Of a DNA stretch of 64,000 nt, positions 58,980 to 64,000 are shown piece by piece. Source of the DNA: Antedon mediterranea (lineage: Eukaryota; Animalia; Echinodermata); contig NC_092680.1 in NCBI RefSeq assembly GCF_964355755.1, positions 16,873,045 through 16,937,044 of the forward strand, given 5' to 3'. Position 1 is the first letter of the stretch. Each line of letters opens with the position of its first letter. The translations under genes were made by a program, and so were the position numbers. The notes under the pieces were generated by a model. The model was not told the origin of the DNA, made no database searches, and saw only the letters and a program-made list of their open reading frames with translations.

Positions 58980-60820
58980 TAGGATACATATAATGTAATA
59001 ATATAATAAATACAAGTTACATAGTTTATCATCTTGTTTTACAGAACCAATTTGGTGACACAGTTAAACACAGTGATAAAGAATAGATACTGTTTTAGGT
59101 TATATAACCCTAACCCTAGTTTGAAGCGACATAATAAATTCATCGCGAAAAAGTACGTATCGTATTTAGAAACTTTTGAAATTTGTTAGATATGTTTAAT
59201 AGGTTCTTACGTCTATAAAACAAACAAAAAATATAAATTTCACAAAAAATTCGTGATTTTAATAATTTGCATTTCTAAAAATGTACACTTATGAAATACC
59301 ATACATTTTCCAACACATTTTTACTTCATTGATGATTCCCAGAAATCAAAATAAAACAAATTATGATATTTCTTTTACATTATAGATGTAAGAACCTATA
59401 TTGAACATGTACCAAATTTCAAACGTTTTTTAAGACGATACGTATTTTTATCGATGAATTAAGTATGTGATCGCTTCAAACTAGGGTTAGGGTTAAATAA
59501 ACCTAACAGTTCCATTCTTTAACACTGTGTTTAACTTTTAACCACATTGGTTTTAGTACAACACAATGATAAACTATGTACATTTTATTTTTCATATTAC
59601 ATTATAGGATACATATAATGTAATAATAATAAATACAAGTTACATAGTTTATCATCTTGTTTTACAGAACCAATTTGGTTACACAGTTAAACACAATGAT
59701 AAAGAATAGACACTGTTTTAGGTTATATAACTCTAACCCTAGTTTGAAGCGATCACATACTTAATTCATCGCGAAAAAATACGTATCGTATTCAGAAACA
59801 TTTGAAATTTGGTAAATATGTTCAATAGGTTCTTACATCTATAAAACAAACAAAAAATAAAGTTTCAAGACAAATTCGTGATTTTAATAATTTGCATTTC
59901 TAAACATTTACACTTATGAAAGACAATACATTTCCAACACATTTTTACTTCATTGATGATTCTCAGAAATCAAAATAAAACTATTAGGATATTTCTTTTG
60001 CATTATAGATGTAAGAACCTATATTGAACATATCTACCAAATATCAAACGTTTTTCAAGACGATACGTATTTTTAGCGATGAATATTAAATATGTGATCG
60101 CTTCAAACTAGGGTTAGGGTTAAATAAACTAAAACAGTTCTATTCTTTATCACTCACTGTGTTTAACTTTTAACCAAAATGGTTATAGTAAAACACAATG
60201 ATAAACTTATATGTCAATTTTATTTTTCATAACATAAAATGTTTGATATTCTTTATAATATTTAATATTATATTTTAGGCCTACTATTAATGACGTATAA
60301 ATGCACACTACATCTGAAATAACTTTCTACTTCATTGGCGATTCTTACCAAAAAAAAAAAGAACTAATTTTGTTATGTATATAGAGCAACCTATTATAAC
60401 ATGTCTTGTATGATTTTTATCTCGTTTCAATTACATTTTATACTACAATTCAAATGAAAAAGCATCACAAAAAAATACGTCTGGTATTCAAAAAGTTTCT
60501 AAACTCGGTACACAGAAAAAGGGAAATGTTGAAAATGTATGGTCTTTCATAAGTGTGAATTTTTAGAAATGCAAATAATGGAAATCATCGATTTGTCTTG
60601 AAATTTATAATTTGTTTTGTCTTATTGAACATATCTATACAAAATGTCAAACGTTTCTGAATACGATACGTTTTTTTTCTCGATGAATTTATAATGTCGC
60701 TTCAAACTAGAGGGTAGGGTAGTAACCTAACAAGTATCTATTCTTTATCACTATGTTTAACTGTGTAACCTTATTGGTTCTAATAAAAAACAATGATAAA
60801 CTATGTAAATTGTATGTTTC
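58980..60820. repeat. Two tandem palindromic cassettes of about 625 bp plus a partial inverted third copy
   Basis: Units start at taggatacatataatgtaataat (58980, 59605). Each has inverted arms of about 200 bp including taaccctaaccctagtttgaagcga / tcgcttcaaactagggttagggtta. Confidence 0.85.
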
Positions 60821-61451
60821 ATATAATTACATTTTTGGCAAAAAAAAATTATTGGGAATGTCAAATTTCTTTTTCATGACATATATCTACAAATTTCAGA
60901 AGCTTTTGAGTACGAGTATTTTACGCGATGTTTTTTTATCCTCATTTTAATATTTTGGTAATGTAATTCACATAAAGTTTTGTATCCAAAAATTGTTTAT
61001 TCTTGGGTAGAAATGAGGAAATAAATAGTATTCCTGTATAATATAATAATCAATAATAAAGTATAAAAAAAAATGTTGTGTAAACGAACGTTTTTTACGC
61101 TTCGAATTTTCTGTTACATTATGTTTGAATTGAAGCTACAGATATTGAATCATGGACCTATAAATTAGTAATTTATAGGTCCATGATTGAACATATCGTC
61201 ACTCACCACACATTTTTTGTTTTGTATTTCGAAAGTATTTATTCTAAAGAACAATTGATGCAAACATCAACTGCGTATCTTATTTCATTAATTAATTATA
61301 TTAATTATAATTTGGCGATTATTCGTCACACGAAGAGTCGAATATCGATTCGTCTTGTCATGGGAAGAAAACGTGCATTGCGCACACTGTTTACGCGCCT
61401 CAACAATAAACGGCGAATATGCGATTCGTCACTTATGGAACGCCGTTTTAC

Positions 61452-62316
61452 ACAAGTTTTTGGCGATGATAAAAATTGCATCGATGATGAAATTGCGTCG
61501 ATGAAAATTGCATCGACGCAATGTAGATTGCGTCGATGCAATGTAGATTGCGTCGACGCAATTTACATTGCGTCGATGAAAATTGCATCGATGAAAATTG
61601 CGTCGATGAAAATTGCGTCGATGAAAACTGCATCGATGAAAATTGCGTCGATGAAAACTGCATCGATGAAAATTGATGTGATGAATTTAATTGATTATGA
61701 AAGTTCCAAATGGTTTTAATTCAATCAATGATGAAAATGACTACTAGTAAAGTAAATGATGATGTTAATAATGATGTTAATAATGTTATTATGTTGCTAA
61801 AAATTGACGGTTTCTGAATATTTTGATATGATAAACATTTTTACCGCTTGCACTAGCGCGCGTTATAGACAAGCGCACAGTGATCGCGCACTAAAACAAT
61901 GTTGAAATATATGCACTGATTAACATTTTAGTGATTTATTGTCAACACATTTTAGCAATGGATCCATTATTGTCCTTTCGGACACATTATATCTTCTAGC
62001 TAATTGCTTCCGTTAATCCACCAGTTCAGTACATAAAATCCAGATGTCCAGCATCCATGACATCATATTCAAATCATACCGGCAGGGAGATCGCAATTTT
62101 CATCGATGAAAACTGCATCGATGAAAATTTTTTTTTTTTTCATCGACGCAATTTTCATCACATTTTAACGCAATTTTCATTACATCGACGCAATTTTCAT
62201 CGACGCAATGTTCATCACATCATTACATCAATACTATATTCATCGACGCAATTTTCATCACATCGACGCAATTTTCATTGCATCATCGACGCGATTTTAT
62301 CATCGCCTAAACTGGT
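61452..62316. mobile_element. Foldback-type MITE with 15-bp tandem subterminal repeats (gatgaaaattgcgtc)
   Basis: Left array 61465-61680 and inverted right array 62095-62310. Termini acaagtttttggcgatgataaaa / ttttatcatcgcctaaactggt. Confidence 0.8.
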
Positions 62317-62684
62317 ATTCCATACTAATTGCGTGTGATCGGATTGGTGTATTATAAATAAATTCATCGCGATGAATTTTTCAGTAGATGTAATGAGACA
62401 GTTCAGTAGATGTAATGACAGTTAATTTAATTGTTCTGCTCTTTTTGTACAAATCTATACTACTTTATATTATGGATTTTGTAGTACTGTTAAAATTATT
62501 AAATCTCTGGAAGTGTGTTTTACGAGTATGTCCGCAAATTTATGCGTTTACGGTTTTAAAATGTGAGTTTTAAATAGCGAACATGATCTTGTTAGGTGCA
62601 CTACGCACGCAGTATTCCAAAATGTCTTACTAATTGGGAGAAAATCATATTGTATCATATCATATTATATCCATTCTTTAAATT

Positions 62685-64000
62685 CATATTCTTTATCCAA
62701 AACTAAATTGGTATAGTAAAACACAGTGCTAGCAATTTATCATATTATTAAATGTTTCATATTCTTTATCATTGTGTTTTACTCTAATCAAATTGGTATA
62801 GTAAAACACAGTGCTAAATTGCTATGTGAATGTCATTTATCATATTTTTAAATGTTTCCTATTCTTTATCATTGTGCTTTACCATAATCAAATTGGTTAT
62901 AGTAAAACACAGTGCTAAATTGCTATGTAAATGTTATATATCATATTATTAAATTCCTATTCTTTATCATTGTGTTTTACTCTAACCAAATTGGTTATAG
63001 TAAAACACAGTGATAAATTGCTATGTAAATGTAATTTATCATATTATTAAATGTTTCCTATTCTTTATCATTGTGTTTTACTCTAACCAAATTGGTTATA
63101 GTAAAACACAGTGATAAATTGCTATGTAAATGTAATTTATCATGTTATTAAATGTTTCCTATTCTTTATCGTTGAGTTTTACTCTAATCAAGTTGGTTAT
63201 AGTAAAACACAGTGCTAAATTGCTATGTAAATGTTATATATCATATTATTAAATGTTTCCTATTCTTTATCATTGTGTTTTACTCTAATCTGATTGGTTA
63301 TAGTAAAACACAGTGCTAAATTGCTATGTGAATGTCATTTATCATGTTATTAAATGTTTCCTATTCTTTATCATTGTGCTTTACTCTAACCAAATTGGTT
63401 ATAGTAAAACACAGTGCTAAATTGCTATGTAAATGTCATTTATCATGTTATTAAATGTTTCTTATTCTTTATCATTGTGTTTTACTCTAACCAAATTGGT
63501 TATAGTAAAACACAGTGATAAATTGCTATGTAAATGTAATTTATCATATTATTAAATGTTTCCTATTCTTTATCATTGTGTTTTACTCTAACCAAATTGG
63601 TTATAGTAAAACACAGTGATAAATTGCTATGTAAATGTAATTTATCATGTTATTAAATGTTTCCTATTCTTTATCATTGTGTTTTACTCTAACCAAATTG
63701 GTTATAGTAAAACACAGTGCTAAATTGCTATGTAAATGTTATATATCATATTATTAAATGTTTCCTATTCTTTATCATTGTGTTTTACTCTAATCTGATT
63801 GGTTATAGTAAAACACAGTGCTAAATTGCTATGTGAATGTCATTTATCATGTTATTAAATGTTTCCTATTCTTTATCATTGTGCTTTACTCTAACCAAAT
63901 TGGTTATAGTAAAACACAGTGCTAAATTGCTATGTAAATGTAATTTATCATATTATTAAATGTTTCCTATTCTTTATCATTGTGTTTTACTCTAACCAAA
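62685..64000 (-). repeat. The same 101-bp satellite in inverted orientation, running off the window end (about 13 copies visible)
   Basis: The monomer is the reverse complement of the 55415-58940 monomer. Confidence 0.97.

Noticed and set aside
61183-61719. 178-aa ORF with IASMK repeats
   Set aside because: It reads through the 15-bp tandem arm of a MITE. No domain or splice support.

Overview
AT-rich, intron-rich animal nuclear DNA, most likely an invertebrate deuterostome such as an echinoderm. That assignment is inferred from the gene set, the Deu/Nin-type SINE core and the abundant TAGGCCTA motif. The left 40 kb holds five conserved spliced genes, whose exons I traced by hand through GT-AG junctions with consistent phase: ARL14EP-like (-), mitochondrial ATP synthase alpha (+, head-to-head with ARL14EP), DDX59 (-), a GOLM1/GOLM2-like Golgi membrane protein (+) and GTPBP3/MnmE (-). 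Their introns carry many MITEs (PIF/Harbinger-, Kolobok- and MULE-like) and SINE pieces. From 40.3 kb onward the window is mostly repeats. An ~8.4 kb TIR-bounded block starts 53 bp upstream of the GTPBP3 ATG and contains a hAT-type insertion plus two nested Helentron-type elements that each carry a tRNA-like cassette. After it come LINE 3' remnants, a clean two-exon orphan ORF (252 aa), and a large foldback: two inverted arrays of a hairpin-containing 101-bp satellite flanking palindromic cassettes with short TTAGGG-type caps. No complete novel system can be proven from sequence alone. The best leads are the foldback, the nested tRNA-bearing Helentron elements, the orphan gene, an antisense copy of the DDX59 exon-1 donor, and a structured candidate poison exon in ATP5F1A intron 1. 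Coordinates were counted by hand, so repeat edges may be off by a few bases.
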